64,000 nucleotides of DNA from Antedon mediterranea (taxonomy: Eukaryota; Animalia; Echinodermata): positions 23,263,237 through 23,327,236 of the forward strand of contig NC_092672.1 in NCBI RefSeq assembly GCF_964355755.1, written 5' to 3'. Positions 23,688-33,787 of the stretch are shown here, in pieces. The translations under genes and the position numbers were made by a program. Numbering within the stretch: the stretch's first letter is position 1; each line of letters starts with the position of its first letter. The notes below the pieces were generated by a model. It was not told the DNA's origin. It ran no database searches and saw nothing but the letters and a program-made list of their open reading frames with translations.

Positions 23688-26600
23688 ATGGCCGGTACTA
23701 GAGCACCCAAGCAATGGTGCTTAACCAAGAACGAAACTATAAATACATTCGAAAACTGGAAGCAAAACCTTATCTACACACTCTCACTTGATGCAAATTT
23801 TGCCCCATTTCTCCTAGATGGTTCTGTTTGGCGTCCCAAAACCAGGGCATCCCCCCTTCGCGGCTTAACTGACGACAATGAGGAGGTACCTGTTGCACGT
23901 CGTCATACCGCCCAACAAAAACTCACTATCCTTGAACTCATGCTCGGTCAGATCGCTAATTTTTGCCCTATAATTTCCCGGAATACCATTGTTAAAAGCT
24001 CCTCCTCACTTTCACAAATTTGGCAAACTATCCGACTGCATTATGGATTCCAGTCAACCGGCGCCCATTTTATTGATTTTGCTGATATACTTTTACAAGA
24101 TAATGAAAGGCCGGAAGATCTCTATCAGCGCTTAGTTGCTTTCGTCCATGATAATTTACTACGTCAAGACGGGGGCATTTCCCACCATGATGCCCAAATA
24201 CAGGAGGACGAAGAACTTTCACCCTCGTTGGAAAATTTGGTAGTTCTTACTTGGCTCTCTCTCATCCACAAAGGCCTTCCTAAGTTGGTTAAGCAAAGGT
24301 ATGGTACTGAGCTCCGCACTCGAACTCTAGCGTCAGTGAAACCGGAGATTTCTCAAGCTTTAGACTCTCTCTTAGAAGAGTTACGAACTGCGGATGATGC
24401 GCGTGTTTTTCGGTCATCCACATTTCGCTCTCCTTCAACTTTCACACCCCGCTCTACTGATTCACGCCGAAATTCCAATGCTCGGCAGTCATTCTCCCGA
24501 CCACAGTTTTCCCAACACAAGTCCTGTCCTATTTGTAAACAGAGCGGCCGATCGGACGACAAGCATTTCCTCAGTGAATGCCCTCATTTGCCCGAGTCAG
24601 ACAGGAAATACATGGCTAAAGCCCGACAAATCGTTGGCATCATCGATGATGATAACAGCTCGGATGAGCCTGGTGATAATAGTGCACCGTCGACAGCTTT
24701 ACGAGTCCAAGTTCGCCAGTCCCCATACCTTGACACATTTCACCAACACCACACAGCCAGAATCACACTAGACAGTGGGGCTACAGGAAACATGATTGCC
24801 TTTACTGCTGCCACTGCCCTTGGCGCCACCATTAAAAGTAGCTCTCAGTCTGCCCATCAGGCTGACGGATCTTCCCCACTTTCGGTCGTAGGCGAAACCA
24901 CAATTATTCTCACAAGGGACGACAGGGAATTCAAATTTGAGGGTCTCGTTGTCGAAAAACTTGACGTCGACATTCTTGCCGGAACTCCTTTTATGGAGCT
25001 AAATGATATCGCCCTCCGACCTGCGAAGCGGGAAATCAAATTGGGTGACGGTACCACGTACATCTATGGTTCTCAGGTACAGGGCCTTCACCATAACACG
25101 GTTCGAAGTGCTTGTGTGCTTCGTGCTCCTGAAGGGGAGACCACTATATGGCCGGGAGAATTTATTGAGGTAGCCATTCCGTCTGACTTCATCCAACAAG
25201 ATGACGTGTTTGCTCTCGAACCACATAGTAAGGGTACGTTTCCTCGAACCTGGCCAAAGTTTGACTTGGTCTCTAGTGTTGCGGGAAGGGTACGTATCCC
25301 AAACTCCACCGACACACCTCAGGTCATCAAACGACACGAACATTTTTGCCAAGTCCGACCCACCTTTGTGCCATTGTCGGCCGAAAATGCTATTCCCCAA
25401 AAGTCGCCATCTAAGCCCTGTAAGCCTCCTTCCTCTGTTGCGTTTTCTGATTATGTCAAGCTAGATCCAGACCATATCCTCCCACAGAATGTGAAATCCC
25501 AATTCCAATCCATTCTTACTGAATACGATGTTGTTTTCGATCCTATGATTAAAGCCTACAACGGCTCTGTTGGCCCATTCCAGGCTGTTGTTAACATGGG
25601 ACCTGTACAGCCTCCTCAGAGGAAAGGTCGAGTTCCTCAGTACTCCAGAGATAAACTGGTTGAGCTACAGGACAAATTTGATGAGCTTGAGGAAGTGGGA
25701 GTATTTGTTCGCCCCGAGGACGTCGGTGTCCAAGTCGAATATCTTAACCCATCTTTCCTTGTCAAAAAAGAGAGTGGTGGTTACCGTCTGGTTACAGCAT
25801 TCGCCGAGGTCGGACGATATGCAAAACCCCAACCCTCCCTTATGCCGGATGTCAACTCCGTTCTACGTAACATCGCAAAATGGAAGCACATAATCACTAC
25901 TGACCTCACAAAGGCCTTTTACCAGATTCCTTTGTCTCGCGCTTCTATGAAGTACTGCGGCGTTGCCACACCATTTCGAGGTGTGAGAGTTTATGCCCGG
26001 TGTGCCATGGGTATGCCTGGTTCAGAGACCGCCCTCGAAGAGCTGACTTGTCGGGTACTGGGGGATTTGATTAAGGAGGGAGTAGTAGCAAAGCTTGCGG
26101 ATGACCTTTATTGTGGAGGGGACAGTTTAGAGGAGTTAATTTACAATTGGCGGCGTCTATTCCAATGCATTTACAAGTGTGGTCTGCGATTGTCTGCTAG
26201 CAAAACGGTGATTTGTCCACAAACTACAACCATTCTTGGGTGGACCTGGTCCCTAGGTTCTATTCGCGCAAATACTCATCGTATTTCAACGTTAAAGGCA
26301 TGCACTCCACCACCGACGGTAAGAGGTTTACGCTCCTTTATCGGGGCATATAAGGTGTTAGCACGCGTTTTACCTCAGTGCGCATCTCTCATCGCTCCAC
26401 TGGAAGAAGCCATAGCCGGCTTACAGTCCAAAGAAACAATACATTGGTACGATGCCTTACATGAAGCATTTAAAGTAGCACAGAACGCACTTGACTCAAA
26501 CAAGGTTATAGTTTTACCTCATCCCGATGACCAACTGTGGATCGTTACGGATGGTGCCGTTAAAAGTCATGGTCTAGGCGCAACCTTATACGTTACTCGT

Positions 26601-28505
26601 AAATCCAAACCACAGTTAGCCGGCTTTTTTAGTGCCAAACTCCGTGCGCGTCAGGTCACATGGCTACCCTGCGAGATCGAAGCTTTGGCTATCGCGGCAG
26701 CCGTTAAACATTTTAGTCCTTTTATTATCCAGTCTCGACATAACACATGTGTCCTAACTGACAGTAAGCCATGCGTCCAAGCGCTTGAAAAGCTATGCAG
26801 GGGAGAATTCTCAGTCAGTCCCCGTGTGTCCACCTTCTTGTCCACCGCTAGCAGGTACCAGATTTCTATTCGGCACCTGGCAGGCTCAGCCAACGTCCCA
26901 TCCGACTTTGCTAGTCGCAATGCTCCACCATGCTCAGTTGACAACTGTCAGGTTTGCTCATTTGTCAACGGCGCGATAGAGTCAACGGTACTACGTTCAT
27001 CGATACGTGATTTCATTACTGGAGACGCCAAACTCCCGTTCACCAGTCGGCCAGCTTGGCTAGCCATCCAATCCGAGTGTCCAGACCTTCGGCGTGTAAA
27101 AGCTCATCTTATTCAAGGAACGCGTCCATCTAAAAAGTTAACCAATGTCAGGGACATTAAACGGTACCTTAACTGTTGTTCCATTGGAAGAGATGGTCTC
27201 CTTGTAGTCAACCGCACTGAACCACTCTCACTTAAGCATGAATGTATTATTGTCCCTCGCCCCGTATTAAACGGACTGCTGACATCACTTCACGTCCGGC
27301 TAGATCACCCAACTAGTCACCAACTTAAGTTATCCGTTCGCCGCCACTTCTTTGCGCTTGACTTGGACAAAACCATCGAACAGGTGTCAGAATCGTGTCA
27401 TCACTGTGCCTCGATCCGTACTGTACCCACCACTGCAATTGAGCAGTCCACTGATGATCCTCCGTCGAAGCTCGGAGTCACCTTTGCCGCCGATGTCCTA
27501 AAACGCGAGCGTCAACTTATTCTTGTTGTCAGAGAGACGGTGACGTCTTACACCCTTTCGTGTTTAATCAGCGATGAGAAGCACGATACTCTCCGTGATA
27601 CCTTGATTCGCTTATGCATTGGCATGTGCCCCGTGGAGGGCCCCTCAGCAACCATCCGCACAGACCCTGCCCCGGGCTTCATGGCACTCGTCCACGATCC
27701 CGTCTTACTGAAACATAGGATTTCGATCGAAATTGGCAGAGTTAAGAACATCAACAAAAACCCGGTTGGAGAGAAAGCTGTACGCGAATTGTCAGAAGAG
27801 TTACTTCGGCAAGAGCCTGGTGGTGGTCCCATCTCACCGACGGTGCTTGCTGTCGCCACATCTCGTCTTAACTCCCGTATCCGAACACGAGGATTGTCGT
27901 CTCGCGAAATGTGGACACAGCGAGATCAGTTCACTCATGACCAAATCCCTATTTCTGACCGCAAGTTGATTATCAGCCAACAGCACCTCAGAGCCTCTAA
28001 TCACGCGCACAGCGAAAAGTCTAAGGCACCCGTCGCGTGTGCAGCACCTGACGTTTCTATTACGGTTGGTGATTTAGTCTACCTGTGGACAGATCGTCGC
28101 AAGACCTGTGCACGAGATCGCTATCTCGTTGTTTCTGTAGATGGAAAGTGGTGCAACGTCCGAAAGTTTACGCACTCACAATTGAGAAGCGCTAATTATT
28201 GTGTAAAGAAATCAGAGTGTTTTACTGTACCGACTGACGTTCATCATTCTCCCACACCAACCTCCCAACGCCACTGTGACACCTCTGATGAAGAACCTGA
28301 TTTCACAGTTGATCCGTCTCCATTTCCTCCACCCGAGGTACCGTCAACTCTTTCTGCCTCTCCTGATGAGGTGAACGACAAGTCATCATCCATACAGACC
28401 CCGGAAGAATCACCAATGGAAGTTCCAGCACAGTTGTCTCATCGCACATCCACACGTTCACGCAGATTTCCTAGACATCTCGCTGACTACGTTCTTGATT
28501 TATAA
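23688..28505 (+). CDS. Gag-Pol polyprotein (gag with Cys/His knuckle, protease, RT, RNase H, integrase)
   Basis: ATG in accATGg context. CPIC..H..C, LDSGA, TTDLTKAFYQI, KLADDLY, IVTDGA, H..H..CHHC, FAADV / RTDPAPGF / EKAVRE in Gypsy domain order; no stops. Confidence 0.93.
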   Translation: MAGTRAPKQWCLTKNETINTFENWKQNLIYTLSLDANFAPFLLDGSVWRPKTRASPLRGLTDDNEEVPVARRHTAQQKLTILELMLGQIANFCPIISRNTIVKSSSSLSQIWQTIRLHYGFQSTGAHFIDFADILLQDNERPEDLYQRLVAFVHDNLLRQDGGISHHDAQIQEDEELSPSLENLVVLTWLSLIHKGLPKLVKQRYGTELRTRTLASVKPEISQALDSLLEELRTADDARVFRSSTFRSPSTFTPRSTDSRRNSNARQSFSRPQFSQHKSCPICKQSGRSDDKHFLSECPHLPESDRKYMAKARQIVGIIDDDNSSDEPGDNSAPSTALRVQVRQSPYLDTFHQHHTARITLDSGATGNMIAFTAATALGATIKSSSQSAHQADGSSPLSVVGETTIILTRDDREFKFEGLVVEKLDVDILAGTPFMELNDIALRPAKREIKLGDGTTYIYGSQVQGLHHNTVRSACVLRAPEGETTIWPGEFIEVAIPSDFIQQDDVFALEPHSKGTFPRTWPKFDLVSSVAGRVRIPNSTDTPQVIKRHEHFCQVRPTFVPLSAENAIPQKSPSKPCKPPSSVAFSDYVKLDPDHILPQNVKSQFQSILTEYDVVFDPMIKAYNGSVGPFQAVVNMGPVQPPQRKGRVPQYSRDKLVELQDKFDELEEVGVFVRPEDVGVQVEYLNPSFLVKKESGGYRLVTAFAEVGRYAKPQPSLMPDVNSVLRNIAKWKHIITTDLTKAFYQIPLSRASMKYCGVATPFRGVRVYARCAMGMPGSETALEELTCRVLGDLIKEGVVAKLADDLYCGGDSLEELIYNWRRLFQCIYKCGLRLSASKTVICPQTTTILGWTWSLGSIRANTHRISTLKACTPPPTVRGLRSFIGAYKVLARVLPQCASLIAPLEEAIAGLQSKETIHWYDALHEAFKVAQNALDSNKVIVLPHPDDQLWIVTDGAVKSHGLGATLYVTRKSKPQLAGFFSAKLRARQVTWLPCEIEALAIAAAVKHFSPFIIQSRHNTCVLTDSKPCVQALEKLCRGEFSVSPRVSTFLSTASRYQISIRHLAGSANVPSDFASRNAPPCSVDNCQVCSFVNGAIESTVLRSSIRDFITGDAKLPFTSRPAWLAIQSECPDLRRVKAHLIQGTRPSKKLTNVRDIKRYLNCCSIGRDGLLVVNRTEPLSLKHECIIVPRPVLNGLLTSLHVRLDHPTSHQLKLSVRRHFFALDLDKTIEQVSESCHHCASIRTVPTTAIEQSTDDPPSKLGVTFAADVLKRERQLILVVRETVTSYTLSCLISDEKHDTLRDTLIRLCIGMCPVEGPSATIRTDPAPGFMALVHDPVLLKHRISIEIGRVKNINKNPVGEKAVRELSEELLRQEPGGGPISPTVLAVATSRLNSRIRTRGLSSREMWTQRDQFTHDQIPISDRKLIISQQHLRASNHAHSEKSKAPVACAAPDVSITVGDLVYLWTDRRKTCARDRYLVVSVDGKWCNVRKFTHSQLRSANYCVKKSECFTVPTDVHHSPTPTSQRHCDTSDEEPDFTVDPSPFPPPEVPSTLSASPDEVNDKSSSIQTPEESPMEVPAQLSHRTSTRSRRFPRHLADYVLDL

Positions 28506-28625
28506 TGTTTCATTCGTATTATATAGTTAAGTTTCGACCATTCAATTTAGATTTTGAGTGCTTTTGCTTGCTTTGTTTTGTTTTTGACTTTTGTGTTTTA
28601 TGAGAAGAGAAAAAAAAAATGATTA

Positions 28626-28786
28626 CGCCAGTCTAGCGCCCCCTATCTGGGTAGACTTATATATCATGGCCGCTGGTTGTTATGTTATTGTTGTGATATT
28701 TGGTTTTGACGAATAAAGATCTTATTCTACTTGAGTCTTACGTGTCCGGTCGTCTTTATTGTGGTGTGCCTTTTGCCTTACTGGCG
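28626..28786 (+). repeat. 3' LTR
   Basis: Preceded by purine tract gagaagagaaaaaaaaaa; identical to the 5' LTR. Confidence 0.95.
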
Positions 28787-29105
28787 CAGTAATTACATGA
28801 CTAGTTTTTAATTTTTATGATTTCTCATAACGCATTATAGTACTGTACATAACATGCAATCATAAGTTGATTTGTTGACGGCAGCCACCGCGTGGATGTG
28901 AAAAAACTGTTCGGAAATTCGGGGTCGCAACGCTAAAAACAGCATTACGATTCTTAAGATAGATACTGATTCTTATTAATATCATTATAATTATTTTAAC
29001 GCGTGGCGTAGTCGTATTCTAATTATTAATTCATGCATGGCATAGGCCAAGTTTCATCCATCTCTCGCTCGCGCAACGACAACGACTATCGAGGCTACAG
29101 CAAAG

Positions 29106-29931
29106 AATATATATCACAAGAATGAGTATTCCGCGATTTTTGCATGATAAATTTGTAACAGAGAGCTCCAGTGAGTGATGCCCGCCCTCATAAGGGCGGA
29201 TGTATACATACTAAATAAGACTTGATTTAATAGATATTATACATGTCAAATTAAATAGAATTATGATAATAGTTTTTGCAATTGTAAACTATTTTATAAT
29301 ACATATTTATTAACAAACTAGTGTACATTCACTTTTACAGACAATTATTTACTAACATGCTAAGTTAGTTCACAAAAAAGGCCTAACACAGCAACACAAA
29401 AAATCAACAAATCGTTACTCAGCACGGCCTATTCTTTACCATTGCCGCGTACTACTCTACGCCCGGTAAATTAAGTATTGTTTTTATGATATAAATTAGT
29501 ATAAATTACATGTTATTAATAGGACAAAATGTTAAATGTCATTAACATTTATTTGTTTTACCAGAAACAAGTTAAATATAGGAATATTATTAAACTATCC
29601 TTCGTGAAAACGCGTAAACACCAACACGCCCGGTCACGCTATCGTAGCGCCCGGTTGATAAAGCAAACTGTTTATACGGCAGTTTTCACTAAATAAATTG
29701 CATAAAACGAACAATTAAATATCCAAATAGTATTTAACATGATGTTGGCATGTAGTTGATAACATTTTTTATCATGAAAATACTACCGGTGGTCTAGCCT
29801 TTGATTATTGAAACCGTCACAAAAAGTTGTATACATCCCAGATACATCCACACTTATGGCGGCGCCCTACCACATGGACAATATTACTGTTACAAGGAAA
29901 ATCGCGGATTACTCATTCTTGTGATATATAT
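29106..29931. mobile_element. MITE-like element with imperfect TIRs, family unknown
   Basis: aatatatatcacaagaatgagta.tccgcgatttt at 29106 is inverted at 29898-29931. Confidence 0.7.
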
Positions 29932-30787
29932 TATTTGGCTACAGTAAATCCCTATAACACTCCGACTCTCGGTGTGGTGTGTGGCACTACTGTATTGCTA
30001 TAATTCACTTCCCAGAGCTCTGGGCATGCGCAATAGCGTGTCGGATTCCCTAACGGTGAGCAGTTGAGTTCCGGGGCCGGAAACCTAACCACGGCGATTT
30101 ATATATGGGGGTGAACATGTTGTTACGTTTGTTACCGGTAATATTTTATGGTAATTAATAATTTATAGAACAGTGAATGTTAGGAAAAAATGGCGAAATA
30201 AATGTAAGGGTACACTCAGCTACTAAACTATAATTAGGCCGAGGCCTAGCCGGCGCTACTGCAGTTTCGCACCACACCGTTATATCTTCGATTTCTCACC
30301 TAAACTTTCGTTTTTTACACTCACAACATAATATTATGTAACATGTTTATACGATTCGACCACTTACGAAGTAATTTTTTAAAAATAACAAAACTTTTAA
30401 AAACATTTTAAATAATACTGAACTCGCTGTTTCACGACTGGTGCCCATATAACGCTTACCTGTCATCAACGGAAGGATCTAAATCTCTACTAGATCTTCT
30501 ACGCATGTGTAGATATTTACTACGTCATCATATATGTATCGTATTTTACTTGCGGTCCGGCCATGCAGTATTTACTCACACGTCGCTTATTTTATACCGT
30601 ATTACAGTACTTAAATATAATGTATATAGCTTTCCCAGACATCCCACAGCTATATAGGTTAATATACATGGAATTAAAGTGTAGGCCTACCATCAAACAT
30701 TTTTGAAAAAGATATTATTAGATATCATAATCGGGTTATGTTTATGCTGTAGGAAAAAGGAGAATCAACGTAAACGAATACTTAAAA

Positions 30788-31413
30788 AGCCCCATTCCCT
30801 ACGTTTTTTAGATCTAATTTAAGATCACAAACTATATTTAATGTAAAAATAATACTATATGGTCCTATTGCGATAACTTTTTTCGTCTTTAAACGGTTAA
30901 AAATGTGAAAAATAAGTCGATTCTAATAATTATAGCGGCCCGCTATAAATCCCAAAATGCATTGCGCGCGGATGGATATTTTTGTTTTTCACCTGTAATT
31001 TGCCCACTTTTCGATCGATCGTGAGGCCAAAACAAATGGAAGACTCCTAACTTTTCAGCGAAAATACCGGGTTTTCCCCAATTTGTATCAACGGAGTCTG
31101 GCAAAAATAGAAAGACAATTAATGCAGCAACTATACAACGTCAGGCTAGGTATATAGGTAGCGTACGATGTTCGTACGTTACCGATGTTTACCAGCTAGG
31201 CCTACAAAACTAAGCCTAGCTAGGCTAGGCCTAAGACCGTCCACGAGAGGTCGATCGCCGCGAGCTACTTAGGTAGTGCATTGTTTCTCACTTTTTATCA
31301 TAATTTACCATAAAACGTACATTTAAGACAAGGAATGACATGGTTTAATGTTTTTAAAGTGATATATATGTATTATTTTCCAAAAAACGTCCAAAATTGC
31401 AGGGAAGGGGTCT
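30788..31413 (+). mobile_element. Kolobok-like MITE (TTAA target), copy 1
   Basis: AGCCCCATTCCCTAC...GCAGGGAAGGGGTCT flanked by TTAA; near-identical inverted copy at 45020-45648. Confidence 0.8.
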
Positions 31414-31443
31414 TTAATCTATGCCTACTATGATTCCGGTAAA

Positions 31444-32362
31444 TCCACTGTACATAGCCGTATACCTGCCCTGACGTATGACAAATAAGACATTTATTAT
31501 TTGTCATCCTTCAGGGCAGGTATTGTATGATTCCACTGTACATAGCCGTATACCTGCCCTGACGTATGACAAATAAGACATTTATTATTTGTCAGCCTTC
31601 AGGGCAGGTATTGTATGATTCCCCTGTACATAGCCGTATACCTGCCCTGACGTATGACAAATAAGAAATTTATTATTTGTCAGCCTTCAGGGTAGGTATT
31701 GTATGGTTCCACTGTACATAGCCGTATACCTGCCCTGACGTATGACAAATAAGACATTTATTATTTGTCAGCCTTCAGGGCAGGTATTGTATGATTCCCC
31801 TGTACATAGCCGTATAGGCCTACCTGCCCTGACGTATGACAAATAAGAAATTTATTATTTGTCAGCCTTCAGGGTAGGTATTGTATGGTTCCACTGTACA
31901 TAGCCGTATACCTGCCCTGACGTATGACAAATAAGACATTTATTATTTGTCATCCTTCAGGGCAGGTATTGTATGATTCCACTGCACATAGCCGTATACC
32001 TGCCCTGACGTATGACAAATAAGACATTTATTATTTTTCATCCTTCAGGACAGGTATTGTATGATTCCACTGTACATAGCCGTATACCTGCCCTGACATT
32101 ATTTGTCATCCTTCAGGGCAGGTAGTGTATGATTCCACTGTACATAGCCGTATACCTGCCCTGACGTATGACAAATAAGACATTTATTATTTGTCATCCT
32201 TCAGGGCATGTATTGTATGATTCCACTGTACATAGCCGTATACCTGCCCTGACGTATGACAAATAAGACATTTATTATTTGTCATCCTTCAGGGCAGGTA
32301 TTGTATGATTCCACTGTACATAGCCGTATACCTGCCCTGACGTATGACAAATAAAACATTTA
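31444..32362 (+). repeat. Tandem array of an 88-bp palindromic unit (~10 copies); resumes at 40161-40215
   Basis: Unit ttccactgtacatagccgtatacctgccctgacgtatgacaaataagacatttattatttgtcatccttcagggcaggtattgtatga; period 88 (31531, 31619). Confidence 0.95.
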
Positions 32363-32902
32363 TATATAATACTCAGCTGTGATTCAACGAGAGTAGACGT
32401 GTTTGAAGGAGCTCTCGCTAGCCATACTAGCCAAACCGGCGTTTCAACTAACTGTAACACACCAAGCTGAACATACTTCATATTTCCCGCTGCAGATCAA
32501 ATCACAGCGGCACACCTTAAGTCTAGACTCTGATTTTTTTTTTCTTGGATCAATTTCGTACGGATTACCTATCAATAATCATCATTACTTTACACAGTTG
32601 AATTTATTTGTGCGTTTACATGGACTATATACCAACACTTTGCCGAGGAAAGTAAGTTATCGCTAGCCAAGCTAAACCAGCGATTAAAACACGCCAAGCT
32701 GAACAACTCATATTTCCCGCTGAGGGTAAGCTCATAACGGCACAACTTAAACATACCACTGTCTATTTAATATAATCTAGAACGGATTACCCATTAATAA
32801 TCATCATTGATTTACACAGTTGAATTTGTGTGTAGTTATTTATGGACAATACCCCCATTTTACTGAGGAATGTTTCATAAAATAGTGAATGGTCTATAGC
32901 AG

Positions 32903-33745
32903 ATGGCTATTAACAATTGGAATACCCAAGACTACTATAAAATGATTGTCAGTATAATTATAAATACCATTGTTCTCGTACCAATTGCATTCAAGCTACT
33001 TATTATAGCCGGCGATATAGAAACAAATCCGGGTCCTATAGAAACCAGACAAACAACAATTAAAGAATCAATGGGAATGGAACCTTCATTGAAAGATGTT
33101 TTGAAACAACTTAACGATATGAATACAGTTTTAAACGATAAAATGGATAGGATAGCTTCTGATTTTGCTTCAATTAAAGGAGATATGTCGAAAGGATTTG
33201 ACAGCCTAACTAAAAAAATAACTGATTTGGAAGAAGAAAATATAAGACTAAAAAACACAAACAAAGTTATAACTACACAACTAGATAAACTAGAAGCTGA
33301 AAGTCGTCGTAATAACATCATTATTTATGATATCCCTGAAGATGATAGAAATGAAACGTGGCTTGACTGCGAACGAAAGGTAAAGGATTATATAACAACA
33401 AATTTAGAAATCGAAGAGGTCGCTTTCGAGAGAGCGCATAGATTGCACAGCAAAAGTAACCCACGACCCATCATAGCAAAACTTACTAGCTACAAACAAA
33501 AAGATGAAATAATGTCCAAAAATAGAGCACTCAAAAGGAAAATGACTGGAAATAAATCAAAAATTAACATGGGTGAAGATTATACTTTCAGAGTCCGTAA
33601 AATTAGAAAAGGCCTACAACCAAGGATACAACAAGCAATCAAAAACAACGATCGTTTTCGGCTCAGATATGATAAGCTGTTTATAGGCGACGAAGTATAT
33701 ACATTCAACGTAGAAGAAAACAAAATCATAAACCTCACAAAATAG
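32903..33745 (+). CDS. LINE ORF1: N-terminal 2A-like peptide, coiled coil, L1-type RRM/CTD
   Basis: LLIIAGDIETNPGP; LEAESRRNNIIIYDIPE, ERAHRL..PRPIIAKL, EDYT motifs. Confidence 0.88.
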   Translation: MAINNWNTQDYYKMIVSIIINTIVLVPIAFKLLIIAGDIETNPGPIETRQTTIKESMGMEPSLKDVLKQLNDMNTVLNDKMDRIASDFASIKGDMSKGFDSLTKKITDLEEENIRLKNTNKVITTQLDKLEAESRRNNIIIYDIPEDDRNETWLDCERKVKDYITTNLEIEEVAFERAHRLHSKSNPRPIIAKLTSYKQKDEIMSKNRALKRKMTGNKSKINMGEDYTFRVRKIRKGLQPRIQQAIKNNDRFRLRYDKLFIGDEVYTFNVEENKIINLTK

Positions 33746-33787
33746 GGTTTTGGCCGTGGTCCTAATGAAGAACAATCTGAACCATCT

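Larger units (their letters stand above)
23329..28786 (+). mobile_element. Full-length Gypsy-superfamily LTR retrotransposon, Troyka type
   Basis: Two identical 161-bp LTRs with CG...CG termini, 3-bp TSD CAG, PBS, PPT and a single intact gag-pol ORF. Confidence 0.92.
23002..30096. mobile_element. Non-autonomous MULE-like DNA transposon (~85 bp TIRs, 9-bp TSD) hosting the LTR element
   Basis: TIRs 23002-23085 and ~30014-30096 (cgccgtggttagg..cgctattgcgcatgcccagagc); TSD ATTTATATA at 22993-23001 and 30097-30105. Confidence 0.85.

Noticed and set aside
24353-27969. Antisense and alternate-frame ORFs within gag-pol
   Set aside because: Short shadows expected in GC-richer coding DNA; no motifs.
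23327-28788. Canonical TG...CA LTR boundaries
   Set aside because: The bases outside CGCCAGT..ACTGGCG differ between the LTRs (AG/TA and TG/CA); the trailing CA is part of the CAG TSD.
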